Shown one piece after another: positions 12,724 through 22,949 of a DNA stretch of 64,000 nt. Location of the stretch: positions 806,727 to 870,726 of the forward strand of contig NW_014577076.1 of assembly GCF_000485595.1 (NCBI RefSeq). The letters run 5' to 3'. Numbering within the stretch: the first letter of the stretch is position 1; the number at the start of each line of letters is the position of its first letter. This DNA is from Priapulus caudatus (lineage: Eukaryota). The position numbers and the translations under genes were made by a program. The notes beneath the pieces are model-generated. The model was not told the DNA's origin. It ran no database searches and saw only the letters and a program-made list of their open reading frames with translations.

Positions 12724-15516
12724 TTATATTTTTATATATATGTATGTATTCACTAATAGCGTTCCTGGCGTTCTTCGGGTTATATTCTACATCAAAATTC
12801 ATTCTTGGTAGCTCCTCGGTATAGGGATGTCACGTACGAGGTTAAAACGGGAGTAATTTGAGTTTGGTGTGTATTTTTAAATTCATCACATATTTTTCAT
12901 TAATATTCAGAATATTCTATTCAGAATATTCAGTTCATTGTGTCGGCAGTGTGATGATCAGATCAGTGTTGTGTCATTATTCTCATGAAGTTTGGATATA
13001 CCCCTAATGGATTCCCCTTTGCAGTTTGATTTGTTTAGATCGGTGTCGTGTAAGTTTCCCCTGCATCTTGCTGTAGTGCGTACAACACGTGTGTTTTGTT
13101 TTACAGATTTCTAGATTCCACTCTGAAAGTAGTCTAACGGAACTTGCCCCTACTAGTAGGTTAGAAGTTCAGGTACTGCCACATATTTATTTGCTTTGCT
13201 TTCTACCGTTTGTTTCGAATGCACGCGTAATAACACTGCGCATGGCCCCACGGCCGCGTGTTCGCTTGTTTCTCTAACTAACCAAGCGTCGTGCCTAAGG
13301 CGTAGTGGAGTGCTATGTCCAGTATGCGTGTAGATACAGCCATGGATAACCGATGCACGTATGGCATAATTAGTGACATATCAATTGTATATATGTCATA
13401 TCTGTTGACACAGCCTCTCAGTTAACCGACGCGGCTATTAAAAATTCCACTGTATGTGTTAAGACAGACTGATATGGCAATATCATAGAGTGCCAGCAAA
13501 GCATGTTCAACCTGTGTGTTGTGCCCGGGAGCATGGCAAATTTACCTGGCCTTGCCTCAGGGCACCTACTATGGCAGAACACTGTAGTGAAAACTACTGT
13601 GGTTTGGCTTTCAATCAGCAGAGTATTGAGAAATGAACCTGCAATGGGCCAACAGTCCATTCAGAAGTCTGGATCAAAGAGATTCAGAAAGTATTTAAAT
13701 TTGCATTTATAATTTATAGCTATATAGTGAAGAGTAGAAAGGTTTACACATGGGTACATCATTGTCGACAGTGATGCGGGTATATATTAGGTTATTGGAC
13801 CTTGTCACTGCGACACGGTCAACCTCGAAAACCGACCGCAATTTCGGTGTGCAGACACTTGACAAAAACACGGTGATGTTGCTATGGACGTTCGACCTTT
13901 ACACTGATGTTTAATCATAATTATTGGCAATGAAAATCTAGTAAACCATCCATATGTCTTTTATATACTATCATTGGATTTCATTGGCAATAAAAAGTGC
14001 AGCTTGACAAAGGCAACAAACTAGTTATCGATTGGTTATATACTAACTTTTGTGCTAGGAACAAATCTTTGATTCATCTTGAAATTAAAAATTCACCTCT
14101 TATAGGCCTAGTTGACCACGCAGAGAAATCTTGAGAAAATACTCTGGAATAGTCGCAGTGGGAAGGTCCTTGCTGGTGTGTGTGCGTGCGTGCGTGCGTG
14201 CTGGGGTCAATCGCTCATTCGGTTGTAGGTGTGAGGTTGAAGGCTCGTGTTTGTGGTTTGTCAGTGCCGTGCAGACAGCGTCATGGAGCTGCACCGCATG
14301 TCCCCGGACTTCTCCATCCCTAGCCACCAGTACGTCACCTCGTGGGAGAAGGAGTTCCGTCGCAAGTCGCTCTCCGACACCTTCCGCAAGCAGAAGGACC
14401 GCGACAGGCTCACGCCAACCAAGGATTTAAAGGGCACATTTCCTGGTCTCGGTAAGTCGCACGTTTGTGCTGTACGGAACATATGCGCAGACTCGATGTT
14501 GTGTTGCATTCCAGGGAAGGGAGGCAAACTAGGGGAAGTACTGTTTCTCTACTCTATTTCTCTACTCTATTATTGCTGACAATTTCCTGTAAATGCCGTG
14601 CACATGCTCCTCTGCAACACACATGTCTACCGCACGCACGCTGCCACACACTGACACATAAATATAGAGTCATATTTATGTTTATGTGTCATATTTATAT
14701 TTATATATTTATATTTATATTTATGTTTATGTGCTATATTTATATTTATGTGTCGGCGTGCGGCAGCGTGCGTGCGCTGGACATGTGTGTTGCAGAAGAG
14801 CAGGTGCACGGTATTTACAAAAAAATTCACGGCAATAATAGGCGAAAGAGAGTAGAGAAACATTAAGACGTTAGTAGTAAATAGATTTCGTATTTATTTA
14901 GCATTATATTTTATTGAAACGCTCCCAAGTGCCTGTGTATGTGATGTGTGAATTGCCAGCGGATGAACGAAATCTGAAGCGATGCTTAACAGCCCTGCAT
15001 TATCTTGAGTTGGCGATCATTTGGACGAGAGTTGACTTCAGTATTCTGTGAGAGTCGTGGGTGGGACGAGGTCGGTGGCAAACTTGATGCCTCATATGCT
15101 ACTGCCTTTTTGCGTTCCATTTGGCATTAACAGTTACTGGCTTGCCATGTGTTACTTAGACGCTACCGATTTGCGGTGTCGTTTGGCTTTCTGTGTGTCT
15201 TACTGTCGCAAACAATCGGTTTTTTTCCCGTTCACTCAGACTTCTTCATAAAATATGCTTGTTGCATTTAATGTGTGGTTCAAGTGGAGGGGAGGACAAA
15301 ACGTGAGAGCGATTGATATAGCTGAATTCGCTGCAATGAATCACAATAGTTATAATTAGTAATTAAACAGTGTCATAATGTTAAATAAGTCTGTGTTTTG
15401 TAATTCTTTATCAAACATATGTTATAGTTCGTAATTGCAAGTAGGTGGCACCTGTTAACTGTTTTGTGATGTGAATGCACAGTGGAGCCCCCGTGTGTGT
15501 ATATGTGTGTGTTTGA

Positions 15517-15557
<41 letters not shown>

Positions 15558-18137
15558 TTATTAAACGCTCAACGACCGCGGTTTCCTCCTTTAACCCACC
15601 TTTCTTGATTTTTCACGCAGCCCGACCAACGTTCCTCAACATTCGACCGCAAACGTATGTGAACAATAAGTCCAAATGTATGTCCACTGAAGACACATCA
15701 TCAGCGCTTATTGGTTATGTTCTATTACGTTTTTCGTTGCCTGCTTCTAGAACGGAGAGCATGCTGAGAATGCGGTAGTCATACATTCCATACCGTTTGG
15801 GCTCGTGTTGTATTTAGACCTCCACCTCCAAGTGGTGCTGTGAAGACAGTTGTTGTTGTTATTGTTGTGTGTTGCGTGTTGTTCTTGTTATTGTTGTTAT
15901 CGTAAATTATTAGCGGCCTCAATCAAAATTTATTGCACTTCTTGCCAGTAGATGGCACTGCAAGTCATTGGGATACAAATAGTTTATCACTGATAGAAGG
16001 CTTCACCCTGTTGCTGGGGATATGACGTCAAATGGAACTGTTGCCTTGTTAATCGTTCTACGAGGTTAATAGCACACCCATACACTTAAAGTTTCGCTGT
16101 AGAATTAGCGTTCACCTAGTTTGCAGAGTAGTGCTGATATTAACATAGTTTGTCAATTTCACTAAGTCTCCAAAGAGGTGGACGTCTAGATTAAAATATA
16201 GGATGAAACGGCCTAAGAATTTTCGCCCAGTATTTTTCATCGCATAGTAAGTGTTAAGTGTTACCGTGTGGCTTGTTTGTGATACGACTGGACTTCTTTA
16301 GGAAAGGCTGCATGTGGAAATAGTCCCTAGATTGTAGAGACATCCTGTTTAGTCAGTGTATGTACCAGTCTGTAGATGTAAACTACACACAGCTTGGTTC
16401 ATTTAGGTCCACTCCACGTACAAATGGCTGGACTATAATAACGGATGACAACGACGAGAGGGTTGAATCGGAACTGTGCATTTGCTGCAATACCCACCTG
16501 ATTTCCTGTATAACATGACTGTATCGTCAACTTTTAGAGCGGGAAGAGGACGTGTGGATGTACTGCTGTGTGTTTGATGTTCTGCTGCTAGTTGGGAGTT
16601 CGTGTAGCTGCATGCATAGCTAACGCAGCGGATACTTGGATCGTGGGTTATCAGTGTGTGCCGAATGAGAATGTCGAGAAGAATTCAAGTTGGCTCTGGC
16701 TTTTTTTTCTGGCCAATTGCGATGAGTGTGCTATCGGCTGTAGGGCTGTGATTAGTGGCAGGACTGGTTAGTGAAGGAATGCGAGCATGGTCACCATTTG
16801 TACGTTTGTTGGTGTGACTCTGTAGCTATACGGTTAGCTAACGCATACTGGGGGGACGTTTGGTCGAGAAGAATCGAGCAATAGCATATATTATATCGCA
16901 CGCCCCTTCACGTGTAGTGAATGCCCATGTAACATTTAGGTGCAAGCGCCGCAATCAATGACAGGCGGATTTTCTTTGTGCTTGTTGTTAAGCTCCTTGT
17001 CGATTTGTAATGCCTCGTTCAGGTTAAATGTCTACTAAAATCTGATTGTTAAAATTAAACAAAAAGTATAATTTACTGTGCCGTAACTGTTCTTGCATGT
17101 GTTTAGGCCCCATTCTTTCAGGTGTTGGATCGATTGTGACACCAGAAGTCAGTGAAATATAATGCACATCTTCCCGTGCGTAGACGTTCGGTGTTTTCAA
17201 AATGACATTGCCAACGTAATTTTGCACACAGATTATTAACTTTTCTGCCAAACCTATAGTAATTTAATAAACTAGTTCAGAATTGTAGGTATATACTCAA
17301 TATTCCAGTGTTCCAAAATATGCTAATTAAACTTCCTATTTAACTTAACTGAACAAGGGTGTGTAGTGAGTGAGAGTTAGGGCATGTCAAGTAGTTTGGC
17401 TTTGCTACATGTCGTATAGTAGAGCATGATTTTAGTTAAGTATTAACACTAATCTAAGTCGAATATTAATGGAGTATGCACACAACCGTATTTTGCTGGG
17501 ACACGTGATTTGTGTAAGTGCGTAATAACTGAATATAGAACTCGTGTACATGAATGATGTCACAAATCATCATTGATACCATGTCCTCTTGAAATAGTGC
17601 CACTGGTTGTAATCAACTTGGCTATGGGTTTCTCCCACTGATCCTAGTCTATTGCTACGTGCTACCATTCATCAGTGCCTCTTGGATGGTGATTACTAAC
17701 TGTGCGTTGCTGTGTTTGTTCACAGCCGCATCTCCAAAATCCGGCGCAAGCCCCGTTCAGCCCGCAAAGATCGTGAAGGCCTTAAATCTAACTACATTAC
17801 TGGAGGAGCAGCAACAGAAGGACCAGAGCTGCTCTCAAGTGAGCAATGACAGGCACGAGGTAAGTAGTAAGTCACATGTTTAATTGTTTTAATGTTGTTA
17901 GGTCATTATAGATTTGTTATCAGATGTCATTTTGTTATCAATCTGTGTTCGTACCGAGCGTATTCCTTCGTATTATTTCCAGTTTGATGAGGAAGAGGAG
18001 GAGGAAGAAGCAGAGGAAGGGGAAGATGATGATGAGGAGGAGGAGGAGGAGTGTCTTTCGTCGCCATCTAAATACCGCACCCGCTCGCCCGAGCAGTTTC
18101 CGCTCGACACTGACGATGCACACTTCAGCAGCTACAG

Positions 18138-18170
<33 letters not shown>

Positions 18171-20760
18171 GCAGCCACAGACGCACATTGCCAAGAAGTC
18201 ACGCAAGAAGGACGCGATGTCGCACTCAAACACGATCGACAGTCTGACGGAGGCCGGCGGCGGGAGGCCGCTGCAGGATCTGCCGCGCTCGGGTACCGTC
18301 GACAGCCTCACCGACGTGAAGAACCTGCCGGGCAGCGTGACGTCGAGCGGCTACTGCTCACATGGCTTCTCCTCACACACGCTCTCCTCAGAGGACTCGA
18401 TCAGCCTGCGCAGCATCAGCGTTGACGAGACGCCCGACGTGGAAGCCGCGGGCAGGAGCAAGGAGCGCGGCGAGGATGGGGAAGAGGAGGACCCCACCGC
18501 CGTGAGGCTGAAGGAGGAAGAAGAGCAGGAGAAGGAGTACACTGCCACCGCGAGGCTGCAGGAGGAAGAGGAGCAGGAGAAGGAGGACGGGGAGGAGGAG
18601 GACCACACCGCCATGAGGCTGAAGGAAGAAGAGGAGCAAGAGAAGGAGTACACTGCCACCACGAGGCTGCAGGAGGAAGATGAGCAGGAGAAGGAGGACG
18701 GGGAGGAGGAGGACCACACCGCCATGAGGCTGAAGGAGGAAGAGGAGGAGAAGGGGAAGGAAGAGGAGTACCCCGCCGCCACAAGGCTGCAGGAGGAAGA
18801 GGAGCAGGAGGAGGAGGAGAAGGAGAAGGAGGATGAGTACCTCGCTGCCGCGAGGCTGCAGGAGGAAGAGGAGCAGAAGGAGGAGAAGGAGAAGGAGGAG
18901 GAGTACCTTGCCGCCGCGAGGCTGCAGGATGAAGAGGAGGAGGAGTACCCCACTGCTGCGAGGCTGCAGGAGAAAGAGGAGAAGGAGGAGGATGGGGAGG
19001 TAGAACAGAAGAACCCCGAATGCACTGAGGAAATTAAGGAAGAATGTGTGAGTTCTGAAGCTCATGAGGGTGTTGATGAAGGGAAGGGGGATTCCGCAAG
19101 CTCTCCCGAGTGTGCTGAGGACGGAAAGGAGGAATCTAGCAGCTGTATCTCCCAAGAGCATGGCGGTGAGATGTCGGAGGCTGGCTGTAATCTGATGGAC
19201 AGCGATATTCCAGAAAGCATAAATGCTCCTATTCAACCGCTGACCCCTCTCAGCCACGCTGTGCACGATAAGCCTACACACATTGCATGCAACACGGGGG
19301 ATGGCGATGAGGACACCGCTGAGAATGAGCGCAGCTTCAGATGCCCTCTCACTGGTGACATAATCAGTGATTTCTCACCATTCACGAGCACGTCCGAAAA
19401 ACCAAACGTAGAGCTGGAGGACAGGCTGGATGCAGACGCAGCTCTGGATGGTCTGTTGCCACCACGTGATGCGGACACGCAGGCGGTAGCAGACTCGTGT
19501 TCGCTTAGCGTCTTCGATCCAGCTAACGTGAAGCAGTCGTCACACGATGGCAGCACCGCTAATGACAGTTTAGTGTTCGGTAATGATGATGGCACGCACG
19601 CCAGCAGTACGGAACCCACGTCGGCCCAGCCAGAATGTTTACAGGAACAGTTTGCTGGCGTTCAGACCGCGATGGAGGAAAGCTTCAGTGAAGGCAACCC
19701 ACAGTGGAAGCAAGGCGATATCGAGTTGTTAGGCCACAAGGCACTGATAGATGAAGAGAAGCTGTCAGGTATGTCTCATGAACTTGTCATGACTCGTTAT
19801 GTGTCTGAGTGTGACTGGTGATTGTGGTCTTCATGTTCCAATGTCAGTCTCCTTAAATTTATACGTCGACGCATTCTAAGATCAGGCAGTTCGAATTTGG
19901 TTTGTCATTGCGTAACGTATTGAAACAGTAAAAACAAAATAAACGAACAAAGCTTGGTGAAAACAACAGGTTCAGTAGTACGTGAAATAAATGATATTAC
20001 TTCCTAAAGCTGTTGTATTCGGTAGTTTATTGCGACTAAGCACACTATTTACATGTATTTACCTGTATTTGCATATATCTACGTGTGTTTGCCTCGCTGT
20101 GCCTGTATTTACCTGTGTTTACCTGTATTTACCTCTGCAGGTACGGACAGCGACGAGTGCTCGAGCATCTGTTCGTTTGGCAGCCGGGCTGACCTGCACC
20201 GCATGGCTGATGCGCCTGTTCCGTCCTGGATCACCGTCGGCGAGCCGGTCGTAGTGATGCCCTACACCGCCTGCGGCGTCATCAAGTTCGTGGGCACCAC
20301 CGAGTTCGCTGCCGGCAACTGGGTGGGAGTGGAGCTTGATAAACCCGCAGGTAAGTGTTGCGAGTGTACGTGTACGGGTGCCTTGATACGTGGGTGCGTG
20401 CGTGCGCGCATGTGTGTGAAACTGCTTCAGTAATTGACATACTTGTCCTACTGGCACCTCTATCCGGGTTATAGACATTGTATATTATTTAGCCTAAGTT
20501 AGTACTAATCATATACTAGTTATTATACTAGTCTATATGTATTTCTGTGATTTGGGCTGGTGACTGTCATAAATGCGCTGCGTCACGTGTGTTGGGTACG
20601 GTGGGAGCGCGTGTGTTTGTGATCGGTGTATATGCGGCAACAGTGTGTGCGCGTGTGTGCGCGCGCGTACGTGTGTGCGTGCGTTTATATGTGTGGGCGT
20701 GCATAGACGCGAGGGTGTGTGTGTGCGTGTGTGTGTGTGTTTGTATGTGTGTGTCTGTGT

Positions 20761-20796
<36 letters not shown>

Positions 20797-21260
20797 GTGT
20801 GTGTGTGTGTGCGCGCGTGCGTGTGTGTGTGTGCGCGCACGCGTGTACCTGCGTGCGTGTGTGTCTGCGTGCCTGCGTGCGTGTGTGTCTGCGTGCTTGC
20901 GTGCCGGCGTGCCTGCGCGCGCGCGTGTGCCTGTGTGCGTGTCTAACGTGGTGAAAGCATTCGCAGATCAAAGGTAAGATTGCGTGTACTTTAACCAGGC
21001 ATGTCTCGCTTGCTTGCACCGCAGGTAAGAACGACGGCTCGGTGAAGGGCGTGCGGTACTTCAGCAGTAAGCCGCTGCACGGCATGTTCGTGCGCCACGA
21101 CAAGCTCGAGAAGCGCCGCCGCAAAAGTGGCGCCACCACGCCGGGATCGGCGGCGGCCAAGGCCAACCGTAACTCGTGGCGACGCAGCCGCGCCGAAGAG
21201 TCTTCCAGCTTCATGAAGCCGACGGCATCAAGCTTCGCAAAGAAGTCTGGCCGCCATTAG
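1457..21260 (+). CDS. KIF13B: Kinesin-3 KIF13B/Khc-73-like gene, 3' part (spliced; 5' motor/FHA exons lie outside the window). Join: 1457-1606,2162-2338,3797-3954,4423-4555,6730-6973,7314-7496,8444-8565,10479-10599,10915-11066,11626-11781,12095-12172,13107-13172,14265-14451,15621-15677,17726-17859,17983-19768,20141-20350,21025-21260
   Basis: Phase-compatible GT-AG exons translate to KIF13 stalk motifs (VAGRLHVE, LSNFVFCQY, EVWGHR, GGVFQLRQGHSRR, QWVCLTEERNAV, WDSSIHDS, LRKRICIN, LDRLRQEV) and a C-terminal CAP-Gly domain (WVGVELD..GKNDGSV.GVRYF). Confidence 0.93.
2162..2338 (+). CDS. KIF13B: KIF13 exon (LVIKEASGLPPHLSNFVFCQYNFW...)
   Basis: cag acceptor, AAG|gtgtgt donor; 177 nt, phase 0-0. 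Confidence 0.92.
3797..3954 (+). CDS. KIF13B: KIF13 exon (ELVVQVADEFLEHCMEGALSVEVWGHR...)
   Basis: tgtag acceptor, AG|gtatct donor; EVWGHR motif. Confidence 0.92.
4423..4555 (+). CDS. KIF13B: KIF13 exon (WREVKRRLELWVEIHELNEHGEY...GGVFQLRQ)
   Basis: ttttacag acceptor, CAG|gtgtgg donor; phase 2-0. Confidence 0.92.
4961..5560. mobile_element. Kolobok-like non-autonomous DNA transposon (600 bp)
   Basis: TTAA on both flanks; AGGG...CCCT termini with imperfect ~20-bp TIR ending CTCTAGG. Confidence 0.7.
6730..6973 (+). CDS. KIF13B: KIF13 exon (GHSRRILVRVKAVPNSGTLPL...IINKP)
   Basis: ctgcag acceptor, G|gtaagc donor. Confidence 0.93.
6985..7250. repeat. Intronic minisatellite (CAGGCACTGCCACC core, ~40-55-bp units)
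   Basis: About five imperfect units. Confidence 0.8.
7314..7496 (+). CDS. KIF13B: KIF13 exon (DKSDADIDRERSLIDQWVCLTEERNAVLVP...FLDLN)
   Basis: acgcag acceptor, G|gtgagc donor. Confidence 0.93.
7537..8242. repeat. GTGC/GTAC compound satellite (TGCGTGTACGTGTGTAGG)
   Basis: Direct inspection. Confidence 0.9.
8444..8565 (+). CDS. KIF13B: KIF13 exon (DDMST...GINSILPKEHGTKFYSLPIVK)
   Basis: tttgtgcag acceptor, GAA|gtacgt donor; NSILPKEHG motif. Confidence 0.9.
8655..10136. mobile_element. Foldback-type element: ~570-600-bp inverted arms with 17-bp minisatellite (AAATTCATTTTCATTTC), TA TSD
   Basis: GTATGGTGGCCGAGATGGCTAC...GTAGCCATCTCGGCCACCATAC; arms ~8655-9220 and ~9536-10136. Confidence 0.88.
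10479..10599 (+). CDS. KIF13B: KIF13 exon (VCSLCSWDSSIHDSPYLNRVT...LSHP)
   Basis: ttacag acceptor, G|gtgatg donor; WDSS.HDS..LNRVT motif. Confidence 0.92.
10915..11066 (+). CDS. KIF13B: KIF13 exon (MELVLRKRICINVYKRQ...YEIVSNIPK)
   Basis: ctgtag acceptor, AAG|gtatgt donor. Confidence 0.92.
11626..11781 (+). CDS. KIF13B: KIF13 exon (ASEDPEDRESLALMAA...ILALDRLRQ)
   Basis: ctgcag acceptor, CAG|gtgctg donor. Confidence 0.92.
12095..12172 (+). CDS. KIF13B: KIF13 exon (EVAVKEMLAVTGKPIRKTASVPNISN)
   Basis: ttttcacag acceptor, AAC|gtgagt donor; RKT.SVPN motif. Confidence 0.88.
13107..13172 (+). CDS. KIF13B: Probable small (possibly cassette) KIF13 exon ISRFHSESSLTELAPTSRLEVQ
   Basis: ttttacag acceptor, CAG|gtactg donor, 66 nt, phase 0-0, open; no recognised homology. 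Confidence 0.55.
14265..14451 (+). CDS. KIF13B: Probable KIF13 tail exon (CRADSVMELHRMSP...FPGL)
   Basis: tttgtcag acceptor, G|gtaagt donor, GC3-rich codons like the other exons, phase 0-1. Confidence 0.75.
14541..14937. mobile_element. Degenerate palindromic MITE of the CACAGGCAC family (left end lost); related copy at ~60900-61074
   Basis: 14541-14665 is inverted to 14745-14863; ends AAGTGCCTGTG; shares AATAATAGGCGAAA.AGAGTAGAGAAACATTAA with ~60975. Confidence 0.65.
15621..15677 (+). CDS. KIF13B: Probable KIF13 tail exon (ARPTFLNIRPQTYVNNKSK)
   Basis: Strong pyrimidine tract + cag, T|gtatgt donor, phase 1-1; RPTFLN resembles the invertebrate Khc-73 tail motif as recalled. Confidence 0.65.
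17726..17859 (+). CDS. KIF13B: Probable KIF13 tail exon (ASPKSGASP...LTTLLEEQ); alternative in-frame donor after 17838
   Basis: ttcacag acceptor, GAG|gtaagt donor, phase 1-0. Confidence 0.75.
17983..19768 (+). CDS. KIF13B: KIF13 large tail exon, acidic/low-complexity with internal repeats
   Basis: ttccag acceptor, G|gtatgt donor, open for 1786 nt; phase links to the CAP-Gly exon. Confidence 0.8.
20141..20350 (+). CDS. KIF13B: KIF13 exon, CAP-Gly N-terminal half
   Basis: GVIKFVGTTEFAAGNWVGVELDKPA; ctgcag / G|gtaagt. Confidence 0.93.
20640..20945. repeat. (GT)n/(GTGC)n microsatellite
   Basis: Direct inspection. Confidence 0.9.
21025..21260 (+). CDS. KIF13B: KIF13 terminal coding exon, CAP-Gly C-terminal half and basic tail
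   Basis: GKNDGSVKGVRYF...GMFVR CAP-Gly signature; TAG stop at 21258-21260. Confidence 0.93.
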
Positions 21261-22896
21261 AGGCCGCTGCACGCGGATTCTCGCCGCCTCCAGACGGGAC
21301 AGTGGTCCGGGAAGCTCACGATGCTCTGACGTAGGGGCCTGGGGAGGGTATGCTCTCTGACGTCAGGGCCTGGGGAGAGTATGCTCTCTGTTTCCAGCAA
21401 CAACGAGGCAGAGGCAACTAAACATTGAGCGAGTGTGGTAGTTGCGGTGGTGCTGACTTAAGTGTGCGTACGTGTGAGGGGGGTTCGGGCATGAGCTCGT
21501 GATATAGGATTGATAAGACCGGTGATTTTCTGTGTGGTTGTCGGTCATTGCAGACAAAAAAGTGCGCGCCTTTAGGGGAGAGCTGTGCCTGATGTGTAGC
21601 ATATGTCGGTTAAGACACTAGTTTTTACTTCAGACTGTTGTAGACGTAGCGATAGATATAGGCTACGATTCCAAAGAATATCTGCCAATTTTAGAAGGAA
21701 ATGGTGAGAGAACATTGGTTATTTGAGTGTATCGATGTTTAGATTTATCTTAAAATGGTCTTCTTGTAATGAAAGTTTTTAAAAAACGTAAAACATGTCT
21801 AGTAACGTAAGGGTGACACACAAAGAGAGTTGAGCGAGTGAGGAAGCCAAGGGGAATTCCTCATCGAACGACGTAGGCACGCGCAAGGTGGCGGTGATGA
21901 AAGCAAAAGCTATGTACTTGCCTTCGTTTGATTTGAGAGGAGAGATCAGGTCTACGGCAGTGGTGACCGGAGAAAATGGGTGTGCAGATTTTATGCTACG
22001 ACGATACTTTAAAGTTTAAACTGAACTACTCATTTATGACGGAATTTTAGCTGGTTTCTCGCTAGAAGCTTGTTGGTCAACAGACCAGACGCTCGGCTGT
22101 CTATTTAGCTGTGTAAGCGCACGCGCGTGTGTGTTTACTTATGTGCGTGCTAGCCACAATGAATGTGTGCGTGCGCGTGCGCGTGTGCGTGCGTGCGTGC
22201 CTGTGCGTTCGTATGTACGCTCGGATGTGTGTAGGTATAATTCATGACTGATCATCTTGCATTGTCACTCAGTTAATAAACGCCATAGCATGCTAAAGCA
22301 TCGATCCCATGCGTATTTCAAGAGCCATTCATAGTTAAATGTGAAAACTTCGTGATGGTATTCAGAATGGCCCCAGCAGCTATACAATATACATGAGAAA
22401 ATACCTATTATGTGTTACATGGTACCTATTGCATGTCACATGGTAGTGACAGTATGTACAGGTTAACTTGACAGCTATTTCAGTGTCAGGTGGTAGGTAT
22501 TACGTGTCACTTTGTAGCTATTAAATACCACGCAATAGCCATTTCATGTCACAGGGCACTTATTGCATGATACGTGATGGCCATTTCATGTGACGCGGTA
22601 GCTACATTAACAGGCCTCGTAGTTATAGCATGTTACCTGTTGACTATTGCATGTCACACGGTAGCTTCAGTATGTGACATGGTAGCTATTGTTTGTCACC
22701 TGGTAGCTGTAAATGTCGCGAATGTCACATGGTGGCTATGAATGCATAGATGCGGTATGGGACGGTAGTTCGCGCTCTGGTAGCTATGCCATATGACGTG
22801 ATCACTAGAATGGTAGTTATCGTATGTGACATAGGTACTGCGCGTGATATGATAACTACCGCATGTGACGCTGTAGCTATATATATATATATATAT

Positions 22897-22906
22897 NNNN
22901 NNNNNN
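22897..22906. other. Assembly gap (10 N) between (TA)n and (CA)n
   Basis: N run. Confidence 1.

Positions 22907-22949
<43 letters not shown>

Noticed and set aside
17914..19821. Stand-alone 635-aa acidic protein gene
   Set aside because: It starts at TTG in intronic sequence, and its splice sites and phases place it as an internal KIF13 exon.
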